A stretch of 64,000 nucleotides of DNA, from NCBI GenBank assembly GCA_951406725.2, contig OX597828.1:51646001-51710000 (forward strand). Reading direction: 5' to 3'. This document shows positions 40,542 through 54,449 of this stretch, in pieces. The stretch's first letter is position 1, and every line of letters begins with the position of its first letter. The notes under the pieces were generated by a model. It saw nothing but the letters and a program-made list of their open reading frames with translations, had not been told where the DNA came from and did not search any database. The DNA comes from Octopus vulgaris (Eukaryota). The translations under genes and the position numbers were made by a program.

Positions 40542-41031
40542 CGTGTGTGTGTGTGTGTGTTTATCCATGCATACGGACATATAAAGATGGATTCGAACTC
40601 AGAAGATACCGTTCCGCAAAGAACAAGCATATTATCCTCTCGTGCACCCAATAAAAAAACAAAACAAATGAAAACAATTTTGTAAGAACAGTATTTTACT
40701 CTTTGGTAATTAATTCTTCTCCAGCCAACACTACACGCAATGCTGAGTTATAGATCTCTCAATTTCAATAAGTTAAACTCGTAAAAATTCAGATTTATGT
40801 CTAAGTTTTATGGAGTAAAGCAACAAAATCTAATCTCGCTATAAATAATGATCTACCTCACGTTCAAATGAAAATAAATTGAAAAAGAAAGCATATTGTT
40901 CATATATTAACATTTGTTAAAATACACTGACACGCAAACGAATTGATGTGTTTATAACGATGGTTTATATAACTTTTTCTATAACGATATTTATGAACAT
41001 AGAATTATGCACCGAGACCCGTCAATATAAC

Positions 41032-41079
<48 letters not shown>

Positions 41080-41261
41080 AATACATGTATGTGTGTTTTA
41101 TGCTTGAGTTAGTGTTTATATGTACATACATCTATGTGCGTGTATATAAACAGAAACATAAGTAAACGACACATATATGTATATATGCATATGTGTGTGT
41201 GTGTATGGTAAATGAAAGACAGAAGATTGAACATGTGTGTATATATATGTATATATGTATG

Positions 41262-41369
<108 letters not shown>

Positions 41370-41378
41370 ATCATATAC

Positions 41379-41487
<109 letters not shown>

Positions 41488-41505
41488 CATATACATATAT
41501 ATATA

Positions 41506-41862
41506 TATGTATACATATATAATTACATATACGTTACGGTATCATGGTTATCGAATATTGTGATGAATTTCTGGACACGATGCACTTCGCATTTTTCGAC
41601 TTTCCAATGACGGCACCCGGTTGGATCGGCGACCGGGCTGATTTACACGTTCATTGGATGTCTATTCCGTTACAAGATTACACATTTATAACTGACTGGA
41701 CTGGAGCAAAGAAAAATGCTCTGTTTCTCTCGAGAACGCGATAGTATCGAACCGATTATATAACGATCGTGAGTGCAATACGTTGATCACTAGGCCATAC
41801 AAATTCGCTTCTATACACAAACCTACACACACTCACACAAAAACGCACGCACACACATATAC

Positions 41863-41916
<54 letters not shown>

Positions 41917-42267
41917 GTGTGTGCGTGCGTTTTTGTGTGAGTGTGTGTAGGTTTGTGTATAGAAGCGAATTTGTATGGCCTAGTGATCAACGTATTGCAC
42001 TCACGATCGTTATATAATCGATTCGATACTATCGCGTTCTCGAGAGAAACAGAGCATTTTTCTTTGCTCCAGTCCAGTCAGTTATAAATGTGTAATCTTG
42101 TAACGGAATAGACATCCAATGAACGTGTAAATCAGCCCGGTCGCCGATCCAACCGGGTGCCGTCATTGGAAAGTCGAAAAATGCGAAGTGCATCGTATCC
42201 AGAAATTCATCACAATATTCGATAACCATGATACCGTAACGTATACGTAATTATATATGTATACATA
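41506..42267. repeat. Near-perfect 762-bp palindrome centred on (AT)n
   Basis: Arms 41506-41862 and 41911-42267 have no indels and about 3 mismatches by eye. An identical 66-aa ORF appears on both strands. The arms contain a decayed SINE. Confidence 0.95.
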
Positions 42268-42329
42268 ATATGCATACGCTTAAATACGTTCATACACCAC
42301 ATACATATTTATGTGGGTATATCTTGATA

Positions 42330-42391
<62 letters not shown>

Positions 42392-44342
42392 CAGGGATAG
42401 ATAGGTGTGTGTGTGTTGATTAATGAAATCTATGGTCATGATATTCATCTGAACGTATTCATACATATGAAACTTTAAAAACAGGTGTGTATATTTAAGC
42501 GTGTCAGCTTGAGGTTATAGGGACATTTTTAAGAGTACACGAAAGAATGTATGTCTGCAACAGGAGTGTTTTTGTCGGTGGCTATGTCAGGAGTTTTAGT
42601 TATTGCTGGTTTTATTGGATTTAATTCCTTGGTTTGAAAATTTAAATGTCAAATTTCAATATTGCATTGAAAGGGAAAATCTTCACGAAATATATTTCAA
42701 TATTCCAGGTAAACGACCATCAGAGGGGACGGTCGGTTACATACAATAATACACGTATCTGCATATATGGATGTGTAGCATAATTAAATTATTTTAGACA
42801 GCAAAGTCATAATTAGAAAGTGAGAAATCGACAATAGGAATAGAATATGAAGTGTGTGTATGCGCGCGCGTAAATAACATTCAAATTGAAAACACTCCCA
42901 GGAAACTTCCAAAGCTAAACTCCATCCGAAATATGGAGAAGAAAAGAGAGATGGGAGAAGACCAGCAAAATCCCAACCAACAATAAAACCAACATTTTTA
43001 TTTTGCCGCAAACAAACATAACAATGTTCATTCATGTTTATGCTTTCGGGGTCAATAATGAAAGTGTTCGCCATGTACTATTCTCCGGGTATCGAGTGAA
43101 CCTTAGCCTTAAATTTGCTGGCGTTATGCCTTCATACAACTATTTTTAACTTTGCACATGCAACAAATCACGATGTCATCAGATGTTCGTTGCATTTTTA
43201 TTGCTTAAACAAAAATGTTTAATTTTTTGGGGGAGCGAGAACGGCTTCAAATATTTGAATGAATCTTTTTTTCTAAATATTTCCATAAAGTAAAGTATTT
43301 ACGATATAACTTCAAAGGCGTACGCCACCGATGATTTTCAACACATTTCAGTATCATTATGCAGTTTTATCCGGACAGAAACATGGAACATGGTAAATAC
43401 AGAAACATAATCCCACACCCTACCTTCATACACAAACAAATGAGCCACCATATTTGCATAGACATTTTAACAGTTAAGCAGATATGTACATGAATATGTA
43501 CAGATAATGATCGGTACACACACACACACACAAACAAACAAACTAACATACATAAATATACACACAAACATTGAGAGCTGACAGTCACAAAAAATGTACG
43601 TGATACTAGAACAGAGGTGAATAATGCATTTCTTTTTTTGCTGAAGGCAATCTCTTGTTATTCAGAGTATCGCCTGTAGGTGGTTGCAGAGGATCTTCAG
43701 ATAAGTTGCAACACCTGTCGCAACTTGCTATAAGACTCGACTAAATTAACATATACTATTGACATCTACTATGGAATTCAGTACTTTTTGACGACAGTCA
43801 CCTCTCCTACCTGCTCTTTTCTTCCCCACTTTTTTCTCCCTTGTTCCCTCCTTTCTCTCTCTCTCTTTCTCTCTCTCTCTGTCACTCTTTCGTTTCCCTG
43901 CCTGTCGTTCTTCCGTCCCTCTAATTTCATTTTACTTCTCTCTTGTCCCTCCCCTCCCGCTTTCCTCGCCTCCCTCTTTTTCTGTAATACCTCTGCCCCT
44001 ACAACCCTTACCTTCTCTTACGACGTGATCACTGTCCGACCAAAGCATTGTCATCATTTTTCGACCAGCCGTCATTCAGGCCGGTCACGTTCGTCTGTCC
44101 TCTCGCTCGGTCTGTTTAAACCTTCCACTTCTCCTCTGCGCCAGCCTACTGCGATCGTCTGATAATCGAAAAAACCTTTTCTTTTATTTAATTATGATGT
44201 AATTGTACGAATATTTTCATTTTGTTGTATAGCTGAAAGGCGTTTGTCCATTCTATATGTATAATTCTTATTCTCTTGCACTTATACTGTTATTTTATCA
44301 CGATTGCATATGTCTAATAGTCGAAAGACCCTTTGTTTCATT

Positions 44343-44554
44343 TTTTTCTTTTACTTGTTTCCGTCATTTGACTGTGGCCATGCTGGAGCACCGCCTTTTG
44401 TCGAGCAAATCAACCCCAAAACCTATTCTTTGTAAGCCTAGTACTTATTCTATCGGTCTCTCTTGCCGAACCGTTTAGTGACGGGGACGTAAACACAACA
44501 GCATCGGTTGTCAATCGATGTTGGGGACAAACACAGACACACAAACATATATAT

Positions 44555-44596
<42 letters not shown>

Positions 44597-44756
44597 TCCG
44601 GGCTTTCAGTTTCCATCTACCAAATCCACTCAGAAGACTCTGGTCGGCCCCAGGCTATAGTAGAACACACCTGCCCAAGGTGCCACGCAGTGAGACTGAA
44701 CCCGGAACCATGTGGATGGTAAGCAAGCTACTTACCACACACCCACTCCTGCGTCT
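44343..44756 (-). mobile_element. Family-1 SINE
   Basis: Colinear with 1-384. Confidence 0.88.
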
Positions 44757-45234
44757 ATGTTAATTATTTCTGTTAATTATTTATTTGTAAATGCACAATT
44801 ATTTTCGACATTTTACTTACCCATTCGTCTCTTGTATGCTTATCATTCTAGCCTTGTTCTTCTTGTTTTCCTTCTTGTTTACATTCGTTTGCTTTTCCCA
44901 GAAGCTTAATGCTTTTAGCGTAACACACTGGCAGCTATCGGAATCAAGAGGTCTCAGGGATAAATAAGTGCGAAACCACCAAAACATTTCGGATTCTGAC
45001 GGATGAGTAAATCTGCTGTGAATAGACCCTGTATCTTGTTTTTGTCTAGTTTCCTGTTTATCATGTAATCGTCTATTTTACCACATGTTACTTGTTGTCG
45101 TGCTCTTTCTGATCTAACCTTGATTTATTTATGCAGAACACCGTACAGTCTTTGTTAAAAGAAATATTCCATGAATATTATCTACGACTCTTACCTTCCC
45201 TTCTTTAAAACCCGCTTCTTTCCCTTGTACCCTC

Positions 45235-45278
<44 letters not shown>

Positions 45279-45375
45279 TCCTCTGATTTCTTTTCTCTCT
45301 TTCTTATTCTTTAATCCCACTTTCTTCCCCTATTTACTTAAACCCTCTTCCCTTTACAACGCTGATCTCTGTCCG

Positions 45376-45412
<37 letters not shown>

Positions 45413-45457
45413 TCCTAAATATATGTTCATATATATACATGTATATATATATATATA

Positions 45458-45508
<51 letters not shown>

Positions 45509-45598
45509 ATAATCAAATAGGGTAATAATAAGTTATTGTTACCAGTGGCCTAGCACAAAAGACGAATTAGTCATTAGATTATATATTATTCATATAGA

Positions 45599-45956
45599 AA
45601 TACAATAAGAGGCTTCCAAATAAGGAAGCGTTGTGCGAGAACACAAAAAGGGATAAATTCATGAAAGGAATGAAAGTTAAAAACATTTACCATCTCAACT
45701 ATATCCCAGATCGACAGTTTCTAACTATTTCCAGCAAACAAACAACATATATTTGCGAAGGCCAGTTTCTTCAGTAGGACAGCTTGAAGAAACTGGCCTG
45801 GGCAAATATATTTTGTTTGCTGAAAATAGTTAGAAACCGTCGTTCTGGGATATAGTTGAGATGGTAAATGTCTTTTAATTTTCATTCCTTTCATGAATTT
45901 ACCTCTTTTTGTGTTCTCGCACAACGCTTCCTTATTTGGAAGACTCTTATTGTATT
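45599..45956. repeat. Fold-back hairpin (~175-bp arms, 11-nt loop) in a TA-flanked element
   Basis: 45599-45773 is the reverse complement of 45785-45956. (TA)n lies on both sides. Confidence 0.92.
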
Positions 45957-46649
45957 ACTATATATATATATATCTATCTATCTATCTATATATATATATA
46001 TATATATATATGATTATAAGCATATTTATTATATATTCTAAGTTATGATATTATGATATATGTTGTTACGCTTCCTACCTAGTACTTCCTTAGTTTAGAA
46101 CCTATACCGAAATATGGGTAGAAGCTCTGAAGTCAGAAGATACATCTGCAGCATAAAAATCAGTGAACGTTTAAATATATTCAACGATATACGCATATAT
46201 ACGTACACTCACACATATATGTGTTAAAATATATATCTACAGCAGCACTGAAAAAATAATGTTATACGCAACGATTGAGGTAGTATCACATGAGACAAGT
46301 AGATAATGTATAAGTTAAATACACTTTTCACACAAACGAATAGAAAACTTGAGACATTTAGGTATAAAGCAGAAGCATTTGTATGAGATATTTGGCTCCA
46401 CAAACAATAATTGTTTTTACTGCAAGTATTTTTGAAGCTACTTCTATGTTTTTATTAATAATTTTCATTTTCGAAAAACAAAGACACAAAGAGTAAAATG
46501 GTTGTTCATTGAATTATGAAAACAAGTAATTTTCGTAAGATATGAAGTTAGTTCACTGAACGTTAGTTATATTTAATGTGCAATAATTTCTGCTCTCAAA
46601 GTTTTGAAATCATAATGACTAATTAGTATTCTGTCATGAGAGAAAGTTA

Positions 46650-46687
<38 letters not shown>

Positions 46688-47199
46688 AACTTCTTCAAGT
46701 ACCACTTGAAAAGGAAAGTGAGAGTAGAGAGGCAAGTTTTGTCTAGCGAATGTTTTAAAAAAAGATGGGTGAATGTAGCAAGAATGGCACGTATGAATGA
46801 CGAAGCCACCTTGAGCATAATCCTATGAACCCAGAAATTGAAAACAGAGAGTTGCTTATTCGCAAAAAAAAAAAAAAAAAAGAAATATAACATGTGACTC
46901 CATTGACCGAGGTTACCGTGGTCTTTTCCGTAGGCTTTTCTTTCCACGGGTAAACCTCACCTGTCCTCCCCTTTACACTTCATATTGACATTTCTGTGAT
47001 AACGATCCCTATTGATCAATTTTTTTTTCCTCTCCCCCTTTTTCTTTAACCTCCCTTTTTTTGTCCTATTTCTCTCCTTTTACGATCCCTTTTGATCGAA
47101 ACTCCCCCTTCCTTTTTTTTTTTTAAACCTTCAAAAGAAAAGCTCTACCTTGTAATTTGTTCTATCTGTGTGCAGCCCTGTGTGGCTAATAAAGAAAAA
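46688..47199 (+). mobile_element. Severely 5'-truncated L1/Tx1-type LINE in (TATC)n
   Basis: Near-identical to 53948-54433. Ends AATAAAGAAAAA|CTATCTATC. Confidence 0.9.
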
Positions 47200-47380
<181 letters not shown>

Positions 47381-47608
47381 AATTTACCTGTCTATCAATT
47401 TATCTATCTACTTATTTATCTAACTATCTATCTATCTATCTATATATATATTTATCTATATATCTATCTATCTATCTATCTATCAATTTACCTGTCTATC
47501 AATTTATCTATCTACTTATTTATCTATCTATCTATCTATATATCTATCTATCTATATATCTGTCCATCTATCTATATATCTATCTATCAATCTGTCTATA
47601 TGTCTATG

Positions 47609-47686
<78 letters not shown>

Positions 47687-48448
47687 CCTGTCTGTCTATA
47701 TGTCTGTCTGTACGTGTGTTGTCTGTATTTCTGTATGTATATATATGTATGCATGTACGCGTGTATGTTAGTCAGTCTGTATGCATGTGTGATATAACAG
47801 AAAAACTGGCGTTGTTGAGCATATTTGATATTACGTGTCAAATACTAATTGACTAATGAAATAAACGGTTACTTCAACAATCGGTTATTACAATCTTCTC
47901 ATTGTCTTTTGCTACCGCATCTCCAGCTTTCATGCTACCACGTATCTTAAGTGTTTTACGTCAATGTTACATATATTATAAACCGCAAGGTGAGTCTCAT
48001 CTGGCGAAAGAACAGTAAAACGAAATACGGAATGAGAATGAGTGACAGTAGGCCAAATCAAGCGAACAGCATTCGAAGATTTTGCTCTGACAACGTTGGA
48101 AGTTTAATCAAAATAAATCTGTAAATTTTTATCGTAAACAATATTTTGTTTTTCCATTACGCATACAGTCGTTTAAATTTATTTACGGAATAAAAGGTTA
48201 AACACTATTGTTTTCAAAGTATTGTCGCTCTATGACATATACATATATTTTATGTGATCGCGAATATTTATATATATATATATATGAATATACTTTCATA
48301 TCTTTCTTTCGTTTTAATCCATTCTTCTACGCTTGCCCTTTCTGATAAAAGGTCTTACTTTTTTCCGAGTAAATGATAACATGTTTTACTGATATCATGG
48401 ATCCGAGAAATGTAAAAAACACATACGTGCTCACACTGTAAATTATAT

Positions 48449-48522
<74 letters not shown>

Positions 48523-48523
48523 G

Positions 48524-48571
<48 letters not shown>

Positions 48572-48589
48572 TGTGTGTGTGTGAGTGTG

Positions 48590-48893
48590 TGGAGGCGCAA
48601 TGGCCCAGTGGTTAGGGCAGCGGAATCGCGGTTGTAGGATCACGGTTTCGATTCCCAGGCCGGGTTTTGTGAGTGTTTATAAGGCGAAAATACCCGAAGC
48701 TCCACGAGGCTCCGGCAGGTGGTGGTGGTGGCGATCCTTGCTGTACTCTTTGGCCACAACTTTCTCTCACTCTTTCTTCTGTTGGCCTGTCGCTTAACCA
48801 GTGGGGTGGCGTCATTTGAAGGCTAAAGCAATGCGAAGCGCATCGTGATCAGCGACATGTAGCAACATCTGATAGCCTGGTCGGTTACGGTGA
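48590..48893 (+). mobile_element. Family-2 SINE head with a third tail type
   Basis: Head GGAGGCGCAATGGCCCAGTGGTTAGGGCAGCGG. The tail after ~48780 (GGGGTGGCGTCATTTGAAGGC..GGTCGGTTACGGTGAT) differs and ends in (TA)n. Confidence 0.82.
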
Positions 48894-48951
48894 TTTATAT
48901 ATATATATATATATATATACATATATGTACATGCCTAGATATATATGTATA

Positions 48952-49441
48952 TATACATGGATATATGGGTACAGGACGTCAAAAGAAACGCACCACTTCA
49001 CCTCTTTTTGGCTCTTCACTCTTGACTATCTCGTTGCTCACATTCTCTTTCTCTTATTCTCTTGTTTTACAAGAGACAAGACACACTTTGACTGTCTCCT
49101 GTAAAGGCTCGTTTTTCCAGCGTCCATCATTTCAAATCTTTATGGCTTAACTGCCCTTACCGTTTGTCTTTACTGCTTTGTTATTACTGCCCTGTTTTTG
49201 ATACCACGTTAACCTTCTGCAAATCTCAAATTTTTTTTTAATTTGCTTCGCGGGAACGACTGTTATAACGAAATTGCATCTTGTTCTAACGTTCGAACAG
49301 TAGAGTACATAAAAAAGGGGACAACTGATGAAGGGATTGTTCTTTATGTTGTTTGTCTCTTTCCTCTATTTGTTTCTTTCGTTGTTTGTTTTTCATTTTG
49401 TTCAAGTTTTTTTGACGTCCTTTACCCATATATGCATGTAC
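48952..49441. mobile_element. Non-autonomous element with ~30-bp inverted termini in TA/CA repeats, PLE-like
   Basis: ATATATGGGTACAGGACGTCAAAA pairs with TTTTGACGTCCTTTACCCATATAT. Internal CTGATGAAG half-core at 49325. Confidence 0.6.
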
Positions 49442-49489
49442 ACACACATATATATTTCTTAGCCTTACCATAACCTAACAACAATATCA

Positions 49490-50105
49490 CATGCATAAAC
49501 GCTCAAAGTAACTATCCATATAACATTGCAGAAAACCTGACCACTAACATAGAAAGAAGAATCAATCTACTAATCATCGAATGAAGAAATATTTTACAAA
49601 CATAAATACTACTATAATCTAGCACTAAAGAAGGCAGGAAATAAATATGAAACTAAGTATAATATAAAATGCCAGAATCAATACTAATACTACTAAACTT
49701 TTTCTTGAAATGAACAACATTAATAATATTACTGAACCTAAGTCAGATGATGAATTAGTACACCCCGGTAAACATATAAAAAACTTTAGCAAAAGACACG
49801 GAAATCACAACTACAATAAACATAATAATAAACTTAATCAATATGAGCACAAAAACCATAAATAATAAAATTTTAGCAATTCCCACCACACTAACTAAAC
49901 TAATACAAAGATTAATCTACCCAAGAATACTGACAACAAACACCAAAAATGCTTTATTATAGATAAAAATAGGAAAATTAAACCAATAAACAGAAAGAAT
50001 GGAAATTTAAACTCACCTAGTCCCTCCAATGATATACATAACCATAGAACTCAAATTAATATAGATAGGAATAGAATAGCAAAAAAGAAACTAACACCCA
50101 GTAAC
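49490..50105 (+). pseudogene. Decayed Penelope-like RT C-terminal fragment
   Basis: SNYPYNIAENLTTNIERRINLL/SSNEEIFYKHKYYYNLALKKAG resembles the PLE SNHP..I.RR...SS.EE.F....Y..AL..SGY motif. Confidence 0.7.
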
Positions 50106-50439
50106 TGGAGCCCAGTTAGAATTTTTGCTTCTGGTCGACTAGCCCATTCCGCTCAAAAGATCCCTGAATAAGGATTGTATAAAGATGTTGAACGAACCGC
50201 TCATGTTTCCAAAGGTGTATCATCCAAACCTCCAACAATTCCTTTCAACGCATGGCTATGATGCCCCCCCCCACTACTTCTGCTCGTGGTCAGAGATGCA
50301 CATATCGTTAGCCACTAAAGGAACATGCTCAACTGGTTAAGGTCAAACAACTGACAAGCAAATCTGTGGTATTGAGCAGAATATTTGCTGTAGACCATCT
50401 ATTATACCAAAACTAAACAATGTACATGATAACACTTCC

Positions 50440-50499
<60 letters not shown>

Positions 50500-50549
50500 C
50501 ATTATTATTATCATTATTATTATTATTATTATTGTGTGTTTATTCACTA

Positions 50550-51905
50550 CTAGCAGTATCGCCCGGCGTTGCTCGGGTTGTAAGGGAAATAAATATATAA
50601 GCATTTTTAGAAGGGCTCGATATGAATGACGACTAAAAGATACCCGCTTTTGGTTAAACTGCACCGCAAAATGTGGGAGTAGTTAGGAATCTAAATCGTA
50701 GGAGACAGAGACACAACTTCACTCTTATATAAAGATGCTTTTTTTTTTCAGTCATAGAGTTAGATTTATGAAGGTCTTCAGTAGAAAATCCTTCGAATTC
50801 TGACTCGCTGCTTGATATAATGAAATTCGTATCCATTTTTTGTCAGAATTACAAATTTTGAAAACACAATAGGAACAAATTTCGGAAAAAAATCTCCCAT
50901 AATTCACTGAATTAAAATTACACTTCGATTTTTGTACAAAACTGTAGCTGAAGTGTTTACGAAGTATAATACGTGTTTTCACGAATGTACTAAAGAGATT
51001 TGCTCTGATATTATCATTTAAATATGAATAGGTAAATTCGGGCGGCTTGGTAACTATATATAAGTGTCGTCTGTTTATACATAAACACTGTTTCATACTG
51101 CAATTATATATACATATATCTATATATAATATTATATAATAAAATATATACAGAGTAAAATAAAAACCAATTTACCTTTTCTGTCCGTCCGTGTGTCTTT
51201 GCAAATGTGTTGGAATGATACGTGAGTTGAGTTTTGGCGCCTTTTTTACTAATAACAAACACACACGTGTTTGTATGTAGTTGTATGTGTATGTAGTTGC
51301 ATGTAGTTGTATATGTATGTGTATGCGTGTGTGTGAGGAATGAGACACACACACTCACGCACGCACACATGTACATCAATGTTTTCGGAGTGATATGTTA
51401 AAATATTGAGTTTTCTCGAATTTTGTCTTAATTGGTGGTAAAATTGAAAGAAATTTTTTATGGCATCACCCACTGAAGTACTCTGAAAAATCTTAGGTAA
51501 ACTCTAATTGAAGAAATTGTGTGAGGATTAAATCGTTAAGTATTTATTTGTTTCTGTTTGCTGTGTTTCTTTATTTTTTGAGTAGTGGTTTAAATACTTT
51601 CAGTTTAGTCTTGCTCAAATCACTCTGTCGCTATTTACTTTCATTTTATTCGTTGCCCACTGTGTGTGTGCGTTTGCGTGTGGTGTAAACCAGACTAAGA
51701 AAAGCATTTGACACACACACCAGAATGTGAGTTTTCTGTAAATCTTGCTTAATTCGAGTTTAAATTTTAAAAACTGGACCTGGCATGACGCGATGCATTG
51801 TACTCTAAAAAATGCTAGGTAAATTGTAATTGAAGAAATCCTATATTGTAGATTTGTATAACTCCCAAAGGGAGGCAGATAAAATCTGCCTTTTATAATA
51901 AGAGA
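50550..51905 (-). mobile_element. Complete non-autonomous Helitron (composite)
   Basis: 5' A|TCTCTTATTATAAAA at 51905. 3' hairpin CCCGAGCAACGCCGGG then CTAG|T at 50550. A/T target site, no TSD. Confidence 0.85.
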
Positions 51906-51999
51906 TATGTTGTCACTAAAGTGTATTTTTTAATATGAATATGAACGTCAGCACATATACGTATGTTCCGCATACATACACGCACACACACACACACAC

Positions 52000-52030
<31 letters not shown>

Positions 52031-52556
52031 CTATTTATATATCCTACTATTTTTATATGTGCGCGTACTTATATTTGTATACATTTGCCTTTTCTCTCTT
52101 TGCACCTGTATATTTGTACGGTTTTCCTTCCGTTATGTAAACTTTAATAAAATAAACTAGAATTCTTATATCTATGCATACTTAAGTGCAGATATGCCTC
52201 TACTCATGCATAAGTAAATACACAATTTATTTTCCTCATAAAAATTTTGCTGACGTTATATTTAAGTAATTTTGTATATTTTGTATACTTCTGTGCACCT
52301 CTACACTCGTAACTTTTCGTATATTCATAATATACAACACTATAAATCCCTCCTCTCACATGCCAAGCTAGTTCCTTAACTCATAATTGTATTTATACTT
52401 AAACCAAGTTACTGTATTACCTTACATATCAACTACATATGGTTTAAACCCCCTGTTTTTCTGTTTTTCATTCCAAGCTCACTTATATCGCCCACATTGT
52501 TATTTTTCAGTACCTTTACTTATAATAATAATTATAATAATAATAATAATAATAAT

Positions 52557-52630
<74 letters not shown>

Positions 52631-53198
52631 GACTCTGAGCGCTTTTTTTTACATCTTTATAGACACAACAATTAATTACGATCTACATTGTAATAACAAC
52701 ATTTTCTGCTTTTACATATTTTCAACCTTCAATTTATTACATGCACAAATCCATTTTACGCAGCTTATTCTCTTTTTAACTTTTTGTACCAATATAATTG
52801 TTTACCACTTGATTATGTTATCAATACAACAACCCTTTATACAATACCTTGTCTCAATTAACTTCGTTATCATGTATAAATATATTTTAAAATATACACC
52901 ACAATTAGTATAGCTTCTAACTGTAAGATCATATCTCAATTCTAATATAGCCATGCCTTTCTATTGGATATTTCTATACAACCATTACCCTACACGACCT
53001 ATTTGGTGTATGAATTACTAAGCTCCTTACTCATCAACTGAGGGAACGTCTCTAACACCTCTTACACTTATATATATTTTCAAATATCAACTGTAGACTA
53101 TTTTTTGTCTCATAAGGATAAATATGAATCTCCAAAATCCTACTCTGCTATTTCCTTTATCAAGTCCTTCGTAAAAAAAAAAAATTGTTTATACTTCT

Positions 53199-53287
53199 TG
53201 CACTGATGAGTACAATGATACATAATTTAATTAATTTAATTATTTCTATTCAACCGTGAATTTCTCCGTTCGAAACGATCGTCTTCA
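53199..53287 (+). ncRNA. Decayed minimal type-I hammerhead motif with long loop II
   Basis: TGCA-CTGATGA-GTAC..GTTC-GAAAC-GATC-GTC-TTCA: full core, palindromic stem III and GUC cleavage triplet. Stems I and II each carry one mismatch. Confidence 0.6.
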
Positions 53288-53403
53288 TGGATACAAATTC
53301 TCTTACATTTCAACATCTTCAAAGTTGTTGAGTTTTATGGGATTCTTTTCCATAAATTCCCAACACATCATACATATATATATATATGCATACATAAATA
53401 TAG

Positions 53404-53439
<36 letters not shown>

Positions 53440-53458
53440 ATATCTATCTATCGATCTA

Positions 53459-53542
<84 letters not shown>

Positions 53543-54088
53543 AGGACGACTTTCGGGCCAGGGCCCATGGACAACTTCCAGAGATCCCTGGCCTGGCAGT
53601 GCTACCGAGAAGCGCTACCCGTTCGGGATAAGCTCTACAGACACGGCTCGAGAAACACGGGGCCGACCTGCCCGAGATGCGGTCAGAGCGACGAAACCGT
53701 TCTGCACGCACTCGTGCAGTGTCCAACAATTTCCGGCCTGTGGGCTTATGTCGAACAACTGCTGTCACGTGTGGGACGAGTCGGTTTATCAGCTGAGTCT
53801 ATCGTCAATATTGTCACGCCTCCTTACTTCAAACGGGAAGGAAGAGCTATTTTCATCATCCTTGTGGCTATGGCGAAAGAATGTATCTGGTGGACGCGTC
53901 TGAAAGGATTGGCGACAAGCACTTTCCTCTCTGGTCAATCTCTCATCAACCTCTTCAAGTACCACTTGAAAAGGAAAGTGAGAGTAGAGAGGCAAGTTTT
54001 GTCTAGCGAATGTTTTAAAAAAAGATGGGTGAATGTAGCAAGAATGGCACGTATGAATGACGAAGCCACCTTGAGCATGATCCTATGA
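53543..54088 (+). CDS. LINE ORF2 C-terminal zinc-knuckle (zf-RVT-like) region, truncated
   Basis: SLAWQCYREALPV..CPRCGQSDETVLHALVQCP..LW..AKECIW: the CCHC and flanking motifs typical of L1/Tx1. Confidence 0.85.
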   Translation, partial: RTTFGPGPMDNFQRSLAWQCYREALPVRDKLYRHGSRNTGPTCPRCGQSDETVLHALVQCPTISGLWAYVEQLLSRVGRVGLSAESIVNIVTPPYFKREGRAIFIILVAMAKECIWWTRLKGLATSTFLSGQSLINLFKYHLKRKVRVERQVLSSECFKKRWVNVARMARMNDEATLSMIL

Positions 54089-54433
54089 ACCCAGAAATTG
54101 AAAACAGAGAGTTGCTTATTCGAAAAAAAAAAAAAAAAGAAATATAACATGTGACTCCATTGACCGAGGTTACCGTGGTCTTTTCCGTAGGCTTTTCTTT
54201 CCACGGGTAAACCTCACCTGTCCTCCCCTTTACACTTCATATTGACATTTCTGTGATAACGATCCCTATTGATCAATTTTTTTTAACCCCCCTTTTTTTG
54301 TCCTCTTTCTCTCCTTTTACGATCCCTTTTGATCGAAACTCCCCCTTCCTTTTTTTTTTTAAACCTTCAAAAGAAAAGCTCTACCTTGTAATTTGTTCTA
54401 TCTGTGTGCAGCCCTGTGTGGCTAATAAAGAAA
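53543..54433 (+). mobile_element. 5'-truncated L1/Tx1-type LINE in (TATC)n
   Basis: ORF2 C-terminus plus a ~345-bp pyrimidine-rich 3' UTR ending AATAAAGAAA. (TATC)n lies on both sides. Confidence 0.9.
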
Positions 54434-54449
54434 CATATCTATCTATCTA

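Noticed and set aside
41544-42229. Identical 66-aa ORFs on opposite strands
   Set aside because: A consequence of the palindrome; the underlying sequence is a decayed SINE.
50105-50440. Probable dispersed repeat abutting (TTA)n
   Set aside because: Single copy in the window with no diagnostic motif, so its class cannot be supported.
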